In this document: in pieces, positions 49,735 to 62,835 of the stretch
How the letters are laid out: each line of letters opens with the position of its first letter
Position numbering within the stretch: the stretch's first letter is position 1
Source: Paecilomyces variotii
Taxonomy: Eukaryota
DNA length: 64,000 bases
Assembly (NCBI GenBank): GCA_004022145.1
Contig: RCNU01000022.1
Strand: one strand, 5' to 3'
Translations under genes and position numbers: made by a program
The notes under the pieces: generated by a model
What the model was told of the DNA's origin: nothing
The model's database searches: none
The model's input: the letters and a program-made list of their open reading frames with translations, nothing else

Positions 49735-51538
49735 TCAATGCAGATCATCCATGATGTCTTCGTCAATATCGCCGCCCCCTCGCGAGATGAGAGTCGGTCC
49801 TTCCTTAGCCGAATCCTCCTTCCTTCGCAGGTTTCTCCGTAAATTATCCAAGTACTCCCTGCTCAATTCGAGCCGACTCTCTGTCTCGTCGATCTGGGTC
49901 ACCAGGGCCTTAAGCCGTTTCCGTTCCAGACTTAGCTGTTCACTGATCTTTGCCTCTGAAGAAGTGTCCGAGTTGTGCGCATCGATGCTGAAACGGAGCA
50001 TCGTGGGATCTGAGGGGTCGCTTGAATGGAGTAAAGTAGCACTGAGAGTTCGTGACATAATGAGAGACGCTACGAAGGCTTCTGTCTCTCTGATATCGCT
50101 TGGCTCTGGTGAAGTGCGGCGTGCTACATCGCCAATCGTCAACGCAGCAAAAGTGGTCCCAAGCTTGAGGATAGAAAACTTGCGTAAAGCAGGCACTAGT
50201 TGAAGAACAAGACCTGTGTTATTGTCCTGTTCAGCCATGAAGTTAGATATCTATATACGACAGAAGATAAGAGAATCAAGAATATAGAAACTCACCATAT
50301 GCCATACGGTCTGGCCAATATCGATCTCTCCTTTCAATCGGTTAAGATCGCCACTTTTAAAGGCATCAGCGAGGGCGTCATAAGGTCGAGCCAGTGCTCT
50401 ATATGTCTTTGCAGCATGGGGAGCAGTAACAGAGGGCAGAGAAATGGCCTGATAATTGTTGTTAGTTACAACATTTAACAGAGATAGGCAAAGATCTAAA
50501 CGAACCGTTCCCTTCTCTAGCAGGCTCACTATGACCCATTTTTTGTACGCTTCCACCATTACCATGCTAACTGTGCCAACACTAGGCGCAGATATTACCA
50601 GATTCAGAAAGTGGAGAGCCCTCCCCCATTTCTTCAATCCGATATATATCATGCTGCAGTACAAGAAGTACTCCAGGTAATCCCTGTATGTGAGCTTTGC
50701 GGTGAGACCTGAAGCGTAAGTGATGTACGTCGCCAAAGAGTCCTGATCTTGCAACTCGGCAGACAAGGCCTGCTGGTAGACTCTTTTAAATGCTGGGTGC
50801 GAGGGAGCTGGAAAATGGCATATATCTTTGTCGATAACGGGGCGAGCCGCAGCATACGCTTTTCCTCGGAGACATAACCGGCTCAGAATTACGTGATTGG
50901 AGGTGAACGTCGAACCTGATGGATCCAAGCGAAGGATGGCATCCCTGATAGGAACAATTGCTAAAACAGGCTTGGAGGGGGTTAGATTCCACTTCTAGAC
51001 GCGGAGGATTTGCATTAATACTTATGTCTCACCTTAGAAACTGCCTCTGCAGCTTTTACCACGAGTTCGAGTAGTCTCCTCCATTCCTGGCCAGTATATC
51101 TGACCTGAACCGGGTCAAAAACCCTCAAGAATTGCAACGCTTTGAGCCACAAGATTCCACCGGGCCGTACATCCTGTGGGACGGATTCCTTCGTTGTGCT
51201 CTGAGCAGCGTGAACTTGAAAGTGGAATATGAGTAGGAACGAGATTGAGTGTACAGAAGGATCTAGGGCCTGTAAATGACATTAGCATCGCGCACACAAA
51301 CTATTGCAGCTGCAAGGGTAGATAATCATGCCACAAGGCTCTCCTTATTGTCGCCAAAAAGGGAGATACTCACATCTAATAAACCACCAACTTCAGGATC
51401 AGAAAGTCCTTTATTGAGTAATGATTGTTTCAGATACGCAATGAGGTCACGAATTTGCTTGTCATATTCGTCGGTGATGCCTTGCGTCGTTTGCGGCTGC
51501 GGGGAGAATGAGAGGATACGGGGCAGAAGATCTGCCAT
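49735..51538 (-). CDS. CSN3: COP9 signalosome subunit 3 (multi-exon)
   Basis: 'AILRLDPSGSTFTSNH', 'YFLYCSMIYIGLKKW', 'MVEAYKKWVIVSLL', and a PCI-like C-terminal region 'LKLGTTFAALTI'. Confidence 0.82.
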
Positions 51539-52299
51539 ATCGGTTGTAGGTCGAGGGGAACAAGATGATATCTAGTTCGGCTTCCTTATGGCCTTATGCG
51601 AGAAGCAGATCGGAAATTTCGAGAGCTTGAGAGGTGAGGCGAGTAGCTCGTGTGTGGCTGCCCCGGTAGCTGCCTGTGACGGACTAACAAAGAGGTGCAC
51701 GGAGGAAACAGTAAAGGGACATACAGTACAGCCGAATCGATAAATTTGCTGCAGTGCCTGACGTCTGATATAATCAAGTTATATGTCGTCGATGGGTTCT
51801 CGATTCAAGTAATCCAGAATCACAGCTTGTCATAGATATGATCTGCCAGCGGAGCGGGGAACCGTTGGAGATGCGACTCGGAGGTACTTAGAGAGCTCTC
51901 ACCGCTTTAGGCAAATACCTACCACTAAATAGCCAAGTATTTTTTCAACCTACAAAGAAGATGGTGAGAATGTACAATAATAGCATTACAAGATAGAATC
52001 AATAAATTCCAGAGATTTATTACTGGCCTCGATTGTTTGGTACGACAACATGTCTACCCGGATACCTACTGGGAAGAATTCAAATGGAGACGACGCGACT
52101 TTAGCGCCAGGCTTTAGAACTCCTACCGCCAGTGGACTCCGCCCCCGCGACTGCTATTCATATCAAGAAATATACTAGTCCTAAACAGCAGTGCTGTCGT
52201 GATACTGTTTCCATTCTTCGAGTTGTGTCCAGGAAGACTTTCTTTCCGGTGTTCCTCCTCTTGGCTCTGAATTGCGGGACTTACTTGCCCCTCTTCTAT

Positions 52300-52306
52300 T
52301 GACTCA
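52300..52306. promoter_or_regulatory. CpcA/Gcn4 site TGACTCA upstream of PRO2
   Basis: Exact TGACTCA about 100 bp before ATG 52406 of an amino-acid biosynthesis gene. Confidence 0.6.
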
Positions 52307-52405
52307 CCGTACCCAGCGTTAGTAAAGATTTTTCTACCCCTCTTATACAACGAGACTCCGCTAACAACCAGCTCAATACGTCTTTCAGTTAACTCGCGGG
52401 ATAAA

Positions 52406-53920
52406 ATGTCATTGACTGAGGCCTCAGCAATTGAGGTCGCCAAGACCGCCTCAGTCGCTGCACGCGGCCTGGCTACGTTGTCGAATGCTTCGCGCAATGA
52501 AGCATTAACCACAATACACGCCGCTCTCAGTGACAATAAAGATGCAGTTCTTCAAGCGAATGCGAAAGACATGGAAATAGCGACTCGTGCGGTAGAAAAT
52601 GGCGACCTTAGCCACAGTGTGTTGAAGAGACTTGATCTGAGAAGACCAGGCAAATATGAAGATATGCTTGCTGGTATTCTCAATGTACGAGATCTCCCTG
52701 ATCCAGGTGCGCGCAAGATGTCCCCATGCGACTGTGGCTCCATTCAAGACAATATTTCTCGACCTTTTACTAAAACTCATCTCAAGTGGGCAAGGTCTCG
52801 ATGCGGACTCTCTTAGATGACGGTCTTACTCTGGAGAAGGTCAGCTGCCCCATAGGAGTCCTATTGATCATCTTCGAAGCCCGTCCGGAGGTCATTGCCA
52901 ACATAGCTGCGCTTGCTATAAAATCAGGAAATGCTGCGATTCTAAAAGGTTGTGCCTAGTGCTACACACTATCAAACTTGTCTCGCTGTTACACTCATTA
53001 ACAGGACTATAGGCGGCAAAGAGTCCACCGAGTCGTTCGTTGCTATTTCGAATATCATTTCCGAAGCTATATCCAAGACGGAAGTCCCAAATTCTTCAAT
53101 TCAACTAGTGAAGACACGGGATGCAGTCTCTTCGTTGTTAGCGCAAGATTCGTTCATCGATCTCGTTGTACCCCGAGGATCCAACGACCTTGTGCGCCAC
53201 GTGAAGGAAAACACCAAGATTCCTGTGCTGGGCCATGCAGATGGTCTCTGCTCGATATACCTCCACGCAGACGCCGATTTAGCTACCGCTGTCAAGGTCA
53301 TTGTCGACGCAAAGACGGACTATCCTGCTGCTTGTAATGCCGTGGAGACTCTGCTTGTACACCCGGAAGCATTGGAGACTATTCTTCCAGCTGTTGCGGA
53401 AAGCCTCATCGCCAAGGGCGTATCTCTTCGTTGCGACGAGCAATCCAAAGCTGCATTGGAGAAAAAGCTATCGTCAACTCAGGCACAGTCACTCAAAGCG
53501 TCTACAGACAGCGATTATGACACGGAATTCTTAGACCTCATACTTGCTGTCAAGACACTACCCCCGACACCTTCTCCAGTTGCGGCCGTGCAGGCGGCCG
53601 TTTCGCATATCAATACGCACTCATCGAAGCACACAGAGGCTATCCTCACAAGATCGAGAGAGCTGGCCGAGTTGTTTCTCAGAGAGGTGGATAGCGCAGG
53701 AGTTTACTGGAACGCTTCCACTCGCTTTGCGGATGGCATGAGGTACGGCTTCGGAACTGAAGTCGGCATAAGTACGAACAAAATCCACAGCAGGGGTCCC
53801 GTTGGATTAGACGGCCTCACTATCTACAAATATCTGCTAAGGGGAGATGGTCATGTCGCTGGCGACTATTTTGAGGGGGAAGGGGGCAAAAAATGGAAGC
53901 ATCAGAGTCTTCCCATTTAG
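52406..53920 (+). CDS. PRO2: Gamma-glutamyl phosphate reductase (3 exons)
   Basis: '[13 protein letters not shown]', '[14 protein letters not shown]', 'PRGS', '[12 protein letters not shown]', '[29 protein letters not shown]'. Confidence 0.96.
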
Positions 53921-54246
53921 TGATGGCCAATAAAGCCGTCCTCGTGTACTCAAACCATAGACAATCCCGAATACTATTTGCGATACTCAATTTCGGTAGC
54001 AATAGAATCTCCTTCCCAGCTTCAATGGAAAATCGTAGATGCAATCAGATAAATTTCTTTCTTTTTTGGTTGAGAACCTAGTCGTTCACGGCGCTGGCTG
54101 CGGGTTTTAACGCATCAGGCTCTGGAAATAAAAAGGCACAAAGCTTTGTCCGTCCTGAGATCACATTTCGTTCGTTTAAGTCTAGCAATCCATCCGTACC
54201 GAAAGCCTCAAGGCCAATGATAACACATTCATACGAACAACCCCAT

Positions 54247-55049
54247 CTAGACCTTGAAACCACGAGACCTTCTGCGACCACGAGCCCGCTCGAACTTGCG
54301 GCCCTTGCTCTCAACGTACGGCTTCTGCAAAAAGGACAGAAGGGTCAGCAACCATAACCAACATCTCGCTGTACTAATAGTTTTCGAATCGCTTACCTTG
54401 CCACTGTGGGGACCGAAGCCGAAGTGCTTAACAGCCTCACGGGCGTTCTTGGGTCCACGGAGGAGCAGAGTGTTGGCACCAGTGGGAGCACGGAGAGCAA
54501 GCTGGTCCAGAGTCAAAGTCTCACCACCAGCCTTCTCGATTCTGGCGCGAGCGGTGGCAGTGAAACGGAGAGCAGCAACCGACAGCTTGGGAACGGTAAG
54601 GAGACGGTTGTCGTCAGTGACGGTTCCGATCACAACAACAGTCTTGCCCTTGTGCGGCTCGGTAATGTTGGAAACCAGACGCGAAAGAGAGACAGGGGGA
54701 CGGTTGATCCGGGACATGAAAAGGCGGCGGAGCACGACCTTGTTGAAGTTGGCGTCGGTACGACCTAATCCAGCGCTTTTTATCAGCATTTTCTGCAATT
54801 TTCACCGATTATTTCTGAACGACAATCGCAAGAGACGGCATACGGGCAAGGAAGCGGTACAGCTTCACCAAGAGCTGGAGGTAGACATTGTCGCTCTTGG
54901 GTGCCTTGCGGTGGGTGCTGCGCACATGGTGACGGTCCAAGTCGATACCTATACAAGGAGAATACGTCTGTCAGTCGCCATTCAAAATATCATAGATCAA
55001 GGATCCCATCAAATGAGACGGTTTTCAACGCTGCGTATCACTCACCCAT
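54247..55049 (-). CDS. RPL18: 60S ribosomal protein L18 (eL18), 4 exons
   Basis: ATGG|intron|[19 protein letters not shown]..., '[12 protein letters not shown]', '[12 protein letters not shown]', '[25 protein letters not shown]'. Confidence 0.97.
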
Positions 55050-55909
55050 GGCTGCTGCTTCTGACTCGGTGACCTCGAAGTTGCCTACCTATCGACCGTA
55101 TGCGGAACGAAGCTGTTGAAGATTTCGGTCTACGATTTTCAGATAGACGGTGTTGTGTGGGTTTAGCCCTACGCTAGTACGAATATGCCGGGTGTGGGTC
55201 CTGTCTGCAGAGCGGGTTGAACACCTCCGGCTATCAGCTAATGAGGTATCACCTGCTCTAGGGCAGCCCTCGTCCTCGTCCTATTTTAGGTTCCGTCGCA
55301 TCTCGAAATTCTCGACGTTTTGCTATACTAGAATTGCAATTGGAATAAGCATCTATACATTTTCTAGGCGTAGTTACTGTCCAGTGCAAGAGTGTTATGT
55401 GTATGGCATCGACAATAAATCTTGATATCCCCGTGTGCAAACCCAGCCATCCTTGGGGGATTAATCTCTTCAAAAACAGAGAGGATTTGTCGACTAAAAC
55501 AGCACCGAGATCTTACTGCGAGCATCTTGTAGGCGTTTAAGCAGGGTGCGCTTCGATTGAGGGCCTCGGTTGTCACAGTCCAAAGCCGGGGGATTGGTTC
55601 CACTTGTCTTTCTCGGCGTGGTTCATTGACAAGATGCCGTCCTTCTAATAATAGGGAGCCTAGCGGGATGTCTGTCCTCCGATCCTGTACGCAGCTAATC
55701 ATACAGATTGAATTATTCTGAAGCGAAAGTGGTCTATGTAGTCATGTAACATAAATGCCCTCTTCTGAACGGGAACTAGACGGCGACCCGCATATCTATA
55801 CAAGACTGGAAAAAACAAGCTTTGGCAAAAGAAAACCTGAAGAGTCAAAGGGACACAGGTATCAACACTGAAAATATATGGCTAGAACAGATGGTCCTTT
55901 GTGAGGGCA

Positions 55910-57290
55910 TCAATTATTGTCCCCGAGGCTGACGAGGAAATCTCGTGTCAGCTCGAAGCTCAGCCAACTACTTGCCATGCTGGGTGCTACTTTGAGCAGA
56001 TTAGGGACAATGCCCTTATATAGACCTCGGAGGCCTTCTTCAGCCACTATGAGCCTCACCGCGTCCCAGATGGATGAGTACTGATAACCCATCCCAGACA
56101 TGGTATTTATCTGGAAACGGCGCCGCAAAACATCACTGTACTCATGAATCAGACAGGGAGCCAAGGAAGTAAGATGACAAAATACCTACAATGGATACGT
56201 GCAAGTCTGAGCAACTGCTCCTGAAATTGCACCAGCTAGGAGTTTACGGTACGGACTGGGGTTCTTGTCGCCTTCGGGAGTCAGGTATTCTCGCACTGAC
56301 TCGTACGTCATAAAATTGAGGCCCACCTGAGAAAGCGTTAGCTGCACAAACACACGCGCGCTCTTTTATTCTGTGATAGGGATTTCACTCACATATGGGG
56401 CAACTCCAGCAACTGTCGGAATGATACCTCTATACAAAGCAAGAAATCCGCCCTCCATTTTATACATCCGAACCATAGTTTCGAACATACCAGGTAACTT
56501 CTCGCCAGACCGCTTACCAAGAGCAGCGAAAGAAGCTGATTGAATCGAAAGTCTTGTTCGGACTATATCCAGTGGATAAGTAAACGTTACTGACGTGATC
56601 CCGGCAATACCCCCGCAGACGAGACGACGGATTGGTGTCAGTTCGGCTCCAGGGGACGGTTCAAAAAACTAAGGGGAAAATCAGTATCATATGGACGCAA
56701 CGTACATCTCACCAAATCGGAATCCAGTTACTGCCATGCGGGCAAGATCGGCGAGGATCGTTGTCCCCAAATGGACGGTTATTCATATAGAGACTGAGGG
56801 TCCCTACTTACCTTCTTGTAGAAGTTGTAGCTGCCAAACTGCACCGCAGAATAGGGGATTATACGGATGCAGTTGGTCCCATTACCTCGCATAAATCCCC
56901 TCCATCCCTCCTCACGACCCATCTTGACCAGGGCTCTCCATACGGACAATTTGTATTCCTCCCTTCCGGCACTTTGTACCTGGTACAATATCTTTAGGCG
57001 CTCTAGAGGGGAAACGATTGTTCTCGATACGGCACCGGCCACTCCACCACCTATGAAGGCGGCAGTAACAGGCTCAGCAAGCCCGTTTCTAATTGCCTCC
57101 AAGGAAGAATTGTTCCTAGGCAGGGTTTCCTGAGGCGGGTGAGCAGGTGATGTCGATTCTAAAAGTTTATGAGCTGGAAGAGCGTTTCTAAGAGACTTAC
57201 CTCCCCTGGACCAGATGGTGTTGATGAGACGGGTGAGAGCTCATTGATTGGAGCTCCGGACCTCGGAGGCTCTTGACGGTCCAAACTCAT
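55910..57290 (-). CDS. Mitochondrial carrier (SLC25), resembling the YPR011C/CoA-adenine-nucleotide subgroup, 5 exons
   Basis: Three carrier signatures: 'SPLERLKIL', 'YPLDIVRTRL', 'YP.DVLRRRFQ'. Also 'GFMRGNGTNCIRIIPYSAVQF'. Substrate cannot be determined from sequence. Confidence 0.9.
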
Positions 57291-58373
57291 CTTGATGTGG
57301 ATTGAAGGATGGGCGAAAGGACCGCTTCGAGGTGTGAGACCTGGAGGTAGATGCCGTCGGTCCCTAGATAATCGCAAGAGACCCGCGCACTTCGCTCTCG
57401 CTCAGCATTCGACACGTATCGCAGTTAAGAGGATCGTAAACGAAGGCAACAATGTAACTCAGCACTCAAGGGCAGACGATAATGGTATAGAAGGAAACTT
57501 GTCTGAGCTTCGTCCGACGATTCCGTGTCGGCCATAAGGGAGCATTGGTGACCAAGGGAGTCCAAATCCTAGTAGACCATTGCTTGAGAGCCGTAGGGAT
57601 TCAGCCCCTGACCATAACTTCGCAAATAAACCAGGAGTATTATGGATTGGATCCCACAGGATATTCGCAAACAAAGACGAAGCGACGAGTATCTGTTCCA
57701 GGAGAGATTATTTGGCGCCCAGAGGAATCGACGGAGGAGGTCGTAGGGATCCACCAAGGTCTTCCTCGACTTGCATATGACCCCTTCTCTCTTTGGTTCC
57801 GTTCTTTTCAGTAAAGACCGAAAGAGTCTTCCGAATGGATACGAGAGATCTAAAATGAGTGGGTAGATCGAGATAAACAAGCTTGTTGGTCAAACAGACA
57901 GTAATACCAATTCCCTGCGTTGGCTTTCTCGCCCACTCTATCTCCACCTGTACGTCGCGCCCGATGTATTTCTGCCTCAGGCATAAAATAGGGGCCCGAG
58001 ATTTCCCCCTGCGCGTCTTACCTACTTTGCACCACCTGCTGCCAGTCACACGATTGCTTGATGAAACTGCCTATACATGATTGGCCTATTGGGATAATTG
58101 TCTCCAGTCAGTAATAGCAATTGAGGCTAGATACTACTATAATTAACAGTAGCTTAGAGTAGAGCCGCTTAGTTCTAGGACTTCCAGAGTCATATTTAAT
58201 TTTACATCTCTACTAGTAGTACTCTAGTGGCATACAGATATTGAATTATTCCTGCACAATAATAATATTAATTAATAGACAGGTGACTGAGAGGTGCTTT
58301 GCGCATCCCACAGTGCACGAGTCGGGTAATAATAATAATAACCCAAACCACAATGCGAGTGCATCTGAGACGC

Positions 58374-58407
58374 TGACTCATCCAATATTAGTGCCTCAGG
58401 CATAAAA
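58374..58407. promoter_or_regulatory. TGACTCA site plus TGCCTCAGGCA near-palindrome upstream of the SR gene
   Basis: TGACTCA at 58374-58380 and TGCCTCAGGCATAAAA at 58392-58407 (identical copy at 57973-57988). Confidence 0.5.
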
Positions 58408-58587
58408 GTTGCGCTTTGTGTGCTTCTGGGTTGCCGTTGGTCTCTCTACATTGACCGTTCTCGCTTTTTCGATTCTCCAGTTGTCTCGTCAACCTCCACT
58501 CTATTATCACTCAAACTCTTCATCATCATCACCCGTACAAGACAGCTTGTTCTCGCCAATACTGCTTTTCAACTTCGATCGTTTACC

Positions 58588-59690
58588 ATGTCTCGGTCCA
58601 GTGGCACCACTCTTTACGTCACTGGCTTCGGCCACGGCACTCGAGCTCGCGATCTTGCCTACGAATTCGAACGGTACGTCCTATCCGCCGATTCCATGCG
58701 CTAGTCGAACTCCGCGGTCGTTATGCTCCCCTATACCATACTGCTCGAATACTATCCTCGCTCGATCCTGATGGTCTCATTCGAAACTATCTATCCCTTC
58801 GTCTCCACAGCTATTCGTCCGCTTAGACAACGGCCTTTTGATCTTTATCGGCCGGTAACAAGCACGCAAAGCCCTTTCTCCTACTTGCTACCAGAGCGCG
58901 TCGAATCGATTCCATGGCCTGTTTTTTTTTATTATCAGATTCTATCGCGCATCTTAACCATCTCGCCAATATTTGCATCCTTCTTGTTGTCTAACATACA
59001 CTCGACAGGTACGGTCGCCTTGTGCGATGTGATATTCCTGCTCCCCGTACTGCATCGAGCCGGCTGTAAGTCTCTTGATACTGGCCTCGTGAGTAACTGG
59101 CTCTAATAGTTCAGGTTTGCTTTTGTGGAATACGAAAGTCGTCGTGATGCAGACGATGCGTATCACGAGATGCACAACAAGCGTATCGGCCGTGACGACT
59201 TGCTGAAGATAGAGGTACGGGATTGCAGCTTCAATACCCAGATTACAGCAGCTAAATAAACGCCAGTGGGCTCGTACTCCTCCATCTGCTTCGTGGCGAT
59301 TTGACTCGGGTCGCGACCGCCCAAGCCGACGTGACCGTACCCCTCCTCGTCGTGGACGTTCTCCCTCTCCTCGCCGTGGGCGTGATTACTCCCCTCGCAA
59401 AGATGATCGACGCGACCGGGACTATGACCGCCGAGACAGAGATCGGTCCCGCAGTCCCGATGACCGTGACAGAGACCTCAGAGATGACCGCGATAGACGC
59501 GATGACGACCGGGACAGACGCGATGATGACAGGGACAGACGTGAGGATGATCGCGACAATGGAACAAATGGTGATGACAGGAAAGGTGAGAGGTCCTCAA
59601 TTCCCTATTGTCTCCCATCCATACTAACTTGAGACAGTTCCCTTGGATCCACTCACTTCTGCTCATGATGAGCTTGATACTGCTGAGTAG
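58588..59690 (+). CDS. srp1: SR-family pre-mRNA splicing factor (single RRM plus RS/RD tail; Srp1-like), 5 exons
   Basis: RNP2 'TLYVTGF', 'FERYGRLVRCDIP', RNP1 'FAFVEY', 'IEWART', then RSPS/RDD repeats. Introns 58674-59008, ~59066-59114, ~59215-59266 and ~59586-59637. Confidence 0.88.
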
Positions 59691-60707
59691 GTCGATCTGC
59701 GAACTCGACGATACTCGTACTGGATTACCATCTCATTTCCTTCCTGTCAAATGGCCAATTACACATACAGCTCTGCTGTTCTGACGGGTCATATCGGTTA
59801 CGAATCGCCGTGCGGAGAAAAGACCAAAAGGAACTCTCTCACAATCGCCGAAGAGCGGTCACGCAACCAAGTCACCGTGCTAATCGTCCCGTCATTGTCC
59901 CCTCTCCTTTGAATCTGTTTTTTACCATTAAGTTTGGAGCAAGCGGTGAGAGCTTATCTTGAAAACTGCCGTTTCATCATATTGGTCCGCTATGGTATTT
60001 ATCTGGTCAGCAGCTCGAATTCCCTCCGGACCCACCTCGAGCGAGCGGTTTCCTTACCTACTGCGACCTTACGTCGTCATTAGCTCTCGTCGATTAAAAG
60101 TCAACGTCCGTTTCGCGTACTCGCAAATTAAATCCCCCATTCGAAGATATCACCTACCCCCGGCTCGTCCGTCCTGTCGAACTCCGATTCAATCTGCATG
60201 ATATCTACACCCTGATTGTAACTTCTAGCCGGTAGTTAAAAGTACTTGTCCTTGTACCTAAGCTCACGTAAGATTCCTGGTCAATATTGTCTGCAAATGA
60301 TGATATTGTAACCTCGGGAATAGATAGCTATTGCTGTCTAGATTATTGCATACATTTTCCCGTGCCTTACGGTACCATACATGTACATCCGTTAGACCTT
60401 TCCATCTCACGGAGTATCAGTCCTGAGTCCTGGCCGAAATCCCATACACGCGTGTAGGTGAAAGAAGCTGTTACGCTGTGCGGCCAAAGCACCAGACGTT
60501 TCATGCAATCAAGTTGTAATACTCTGGTATATCAAATAAATTGAGAAGGAAACTCCAACATGATCCATTACTAAGAGCACATATATTGTGTATCAAACAG
60601 AGCAACAAACAGAGTTAGATAGACTGCTGCGGTCAGTCAGTCGAGCATATATTACTTTCATTAGAATAACCGATATATGCCAGACAGAACCACGCATACA
60701 GAAGGAG

Positions 60708-62358
60708 TTACAGCCTTCTTCTGTCACGTTTCAGTGGTGAAAATCCCGTTGAAGGTCCCAAGGTCCCATCTATGTCGGGTCCCATACCAGAGCTGCTGTG
60801 ATTTTTTGAGGGACCAGGGACAAGGGTCCGTTTTTCTCCAATAGCGCTTTTCCAGACATTCCTCTTCTCCTGCACATCTTCTTCTTCTTCGTCGAACAGA
60901 GTTGCACCTCGGTGCGCACCAAGCAGCTTGCGCTTTCTAGGTTTTATTTGCTTTGGCATGGATGTTTCATTGGATGAAACATGGGCATCTGAAGGTTGTG
61001 CGGCTACACTACCACCACGGTTATTAGCTGATCTCGCATTCTGAGTTGCGTTCGTTGCGTTCGAAACTGGTCTCTGGCGCTCCATACCGGAGCGCTTCTT
61101 AGCACCAGACGCTTTACGAGCAGGCTTGTGGATGCTGCTAGCATCATTGTCTGTATCAGGCATATCCTCATCCCCATTATCCATGTCGCTTGCGAGCCTC
61201 CTACTCGTCTCGTTCGCAGAATCCGGCGAGTCCGGGGAGTCAGGAGGAGCCCCGGTACGACTGAGGAAAGGAGTAATAGAGAATGCGGATTTATATCCAG
61301 GGAGCGCCGTGGGCTTGTTGGTGTTGCGCGACATATGGACACCGCCGGGAGTATCAATTGTCATTGTATCGAAATTGGAACTGCCTTGTTGCCGAGTATT
61401 TCCATTGGATCGTAGGGGAGCCTCGTTCATATCCTCGTCTTTGGTAAAAGAGCCACGCTGCTGTAGTTCATCCTGAGCAACTTTTAATTTCTCCTTTGTC
61501 GTGCGTAGCTTCTTTCGTAGGGCTTCCAGTTTGGTTTCAAGAGCCGTTTCTTCGTTTTTCCGATCAATGGCCTGCTTCTTAATTTCTTCTTCGAGCTGCT
61601 GTCTCGCACTAGATTCCTTGGCAACTTCATTTCGTAGTTCCTTTATATTCATACTTAATTTGGTTATTTCTTCAGCTGTTCCGCCATTATCCCCGGCCCG
61701 TGTGCGCTCGGCTGCGCGTCTTTCATTCTTTAGCTGAGACTCTAAGGACTTCAGTTGTTGTTCGAGGGACAGTTTTTCTGAAAGCAATGTCTCGTGTGAG
61801 GCACTTCGCGCCCTAAGACGCTCGAGTTCTGGTCGCAGGCTCGACAGCTCCTTCACCATACGCTTATTTTCTTCTGCCAGTCGTTTCGATTCGTGCGAGG
61901 TATCACTGGATGAGGCAATCTTTCGTGGTTTAAACCATCAACGCGACATTCATGCAGGGTAGGGCAATTTGTGCTTACTTTCAAACGTTCGATCTCCTCA
62001 CACTCGGCTCGCAGAGCACTTTGTAAACGCGTAATTTCGTTGAAAGCATCATTGAGGGTTTCATGTAGATTCGTTTCAGCTTGCAGCGCAGCAGTAGTAC
62101 TGGCGTCTGCGATTTCCAACTGGCTTCGCAGCCCATCGTTATCGGCTTCCAGAAGCACTTGTTCAACGCGTAGCGTCCGAAGACTGTCGTTAGCGATAAG
62201 CTGCTTTGTCAAAGCGAGTGATTTCTCAAAGGTTAGTTCAAGCTGCGCTGTCCTTAGAGACACCTGACACTGTATAAGCAACAAGCAACTGTTATGATGC
62301 TGAATATGCGGCATACCTCATTAGTGATAGCATCTGGATACTCAATAGCATGTGCCAT
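60708..62358 (-). CDS. Uncharacterised coiled-coil protein (3 exons)
   Basis: ATG at 62358 and two GT-AG introns join ORFs 61853-62314 and 60708-61859. Long heptad-rich N-half, then a disordered tail with 'FSITPFL', 'KPRKRKLLG' and 'FSPLKRDRR'. Confidence 0.7.
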
Positions 62359-62835
62359 AGTGGCGGGGTAAGACCCAATGAATAAAAAAATGATTATTGC
62401 AGCGACATAGGCTGCTAATACTTGTGATTTAGCAAACCTTGTTTAGCATATATGCAATAGAGTACAAGATTCAATTACTCTGGTAGTTCTTGAAATGTCA
62501 CGGGTAAACAAAATCCCCGGATTTTCTACAGTAGTGTAACCTAGAGAGACTAGGTACGCACATCGGATACCAGATCGGATAGGGAAAAGAAAGAGAAATT
62601 TTAGAGGGTGCTCTATCAAACTTGATTGAGTTTATTTCCTGAATAATAGAAAATAATTTGAATTAGCCATCTGAGGACTTCTATCTTAGGACCCTGAGTC
62701 CGCAAATCATAAGCCTTCCGTGCACGGTTGCCCCAGGCCTTAGGTATTTATCCTCGCGACATTTGGACATTATTCAACCTCGCGAACCGGCATCCCTCGT
62801 CTTTAGATTACTGCATAAGAAGCGCAACGGCAGCG

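Noticed and set aside
54254-55072. 272-aa + strand ORF
   Set aside because: Antisense shadow of codon-biased RPL18; TTG start and no recognisable domain.
59400-59560. Repeated GATGAC/GACAGACGC units suggesting a repeat array
   Set aside because: They encode the RD/RDD-rich tail of the SR protein; not a CRISPR array or mobile repeat.
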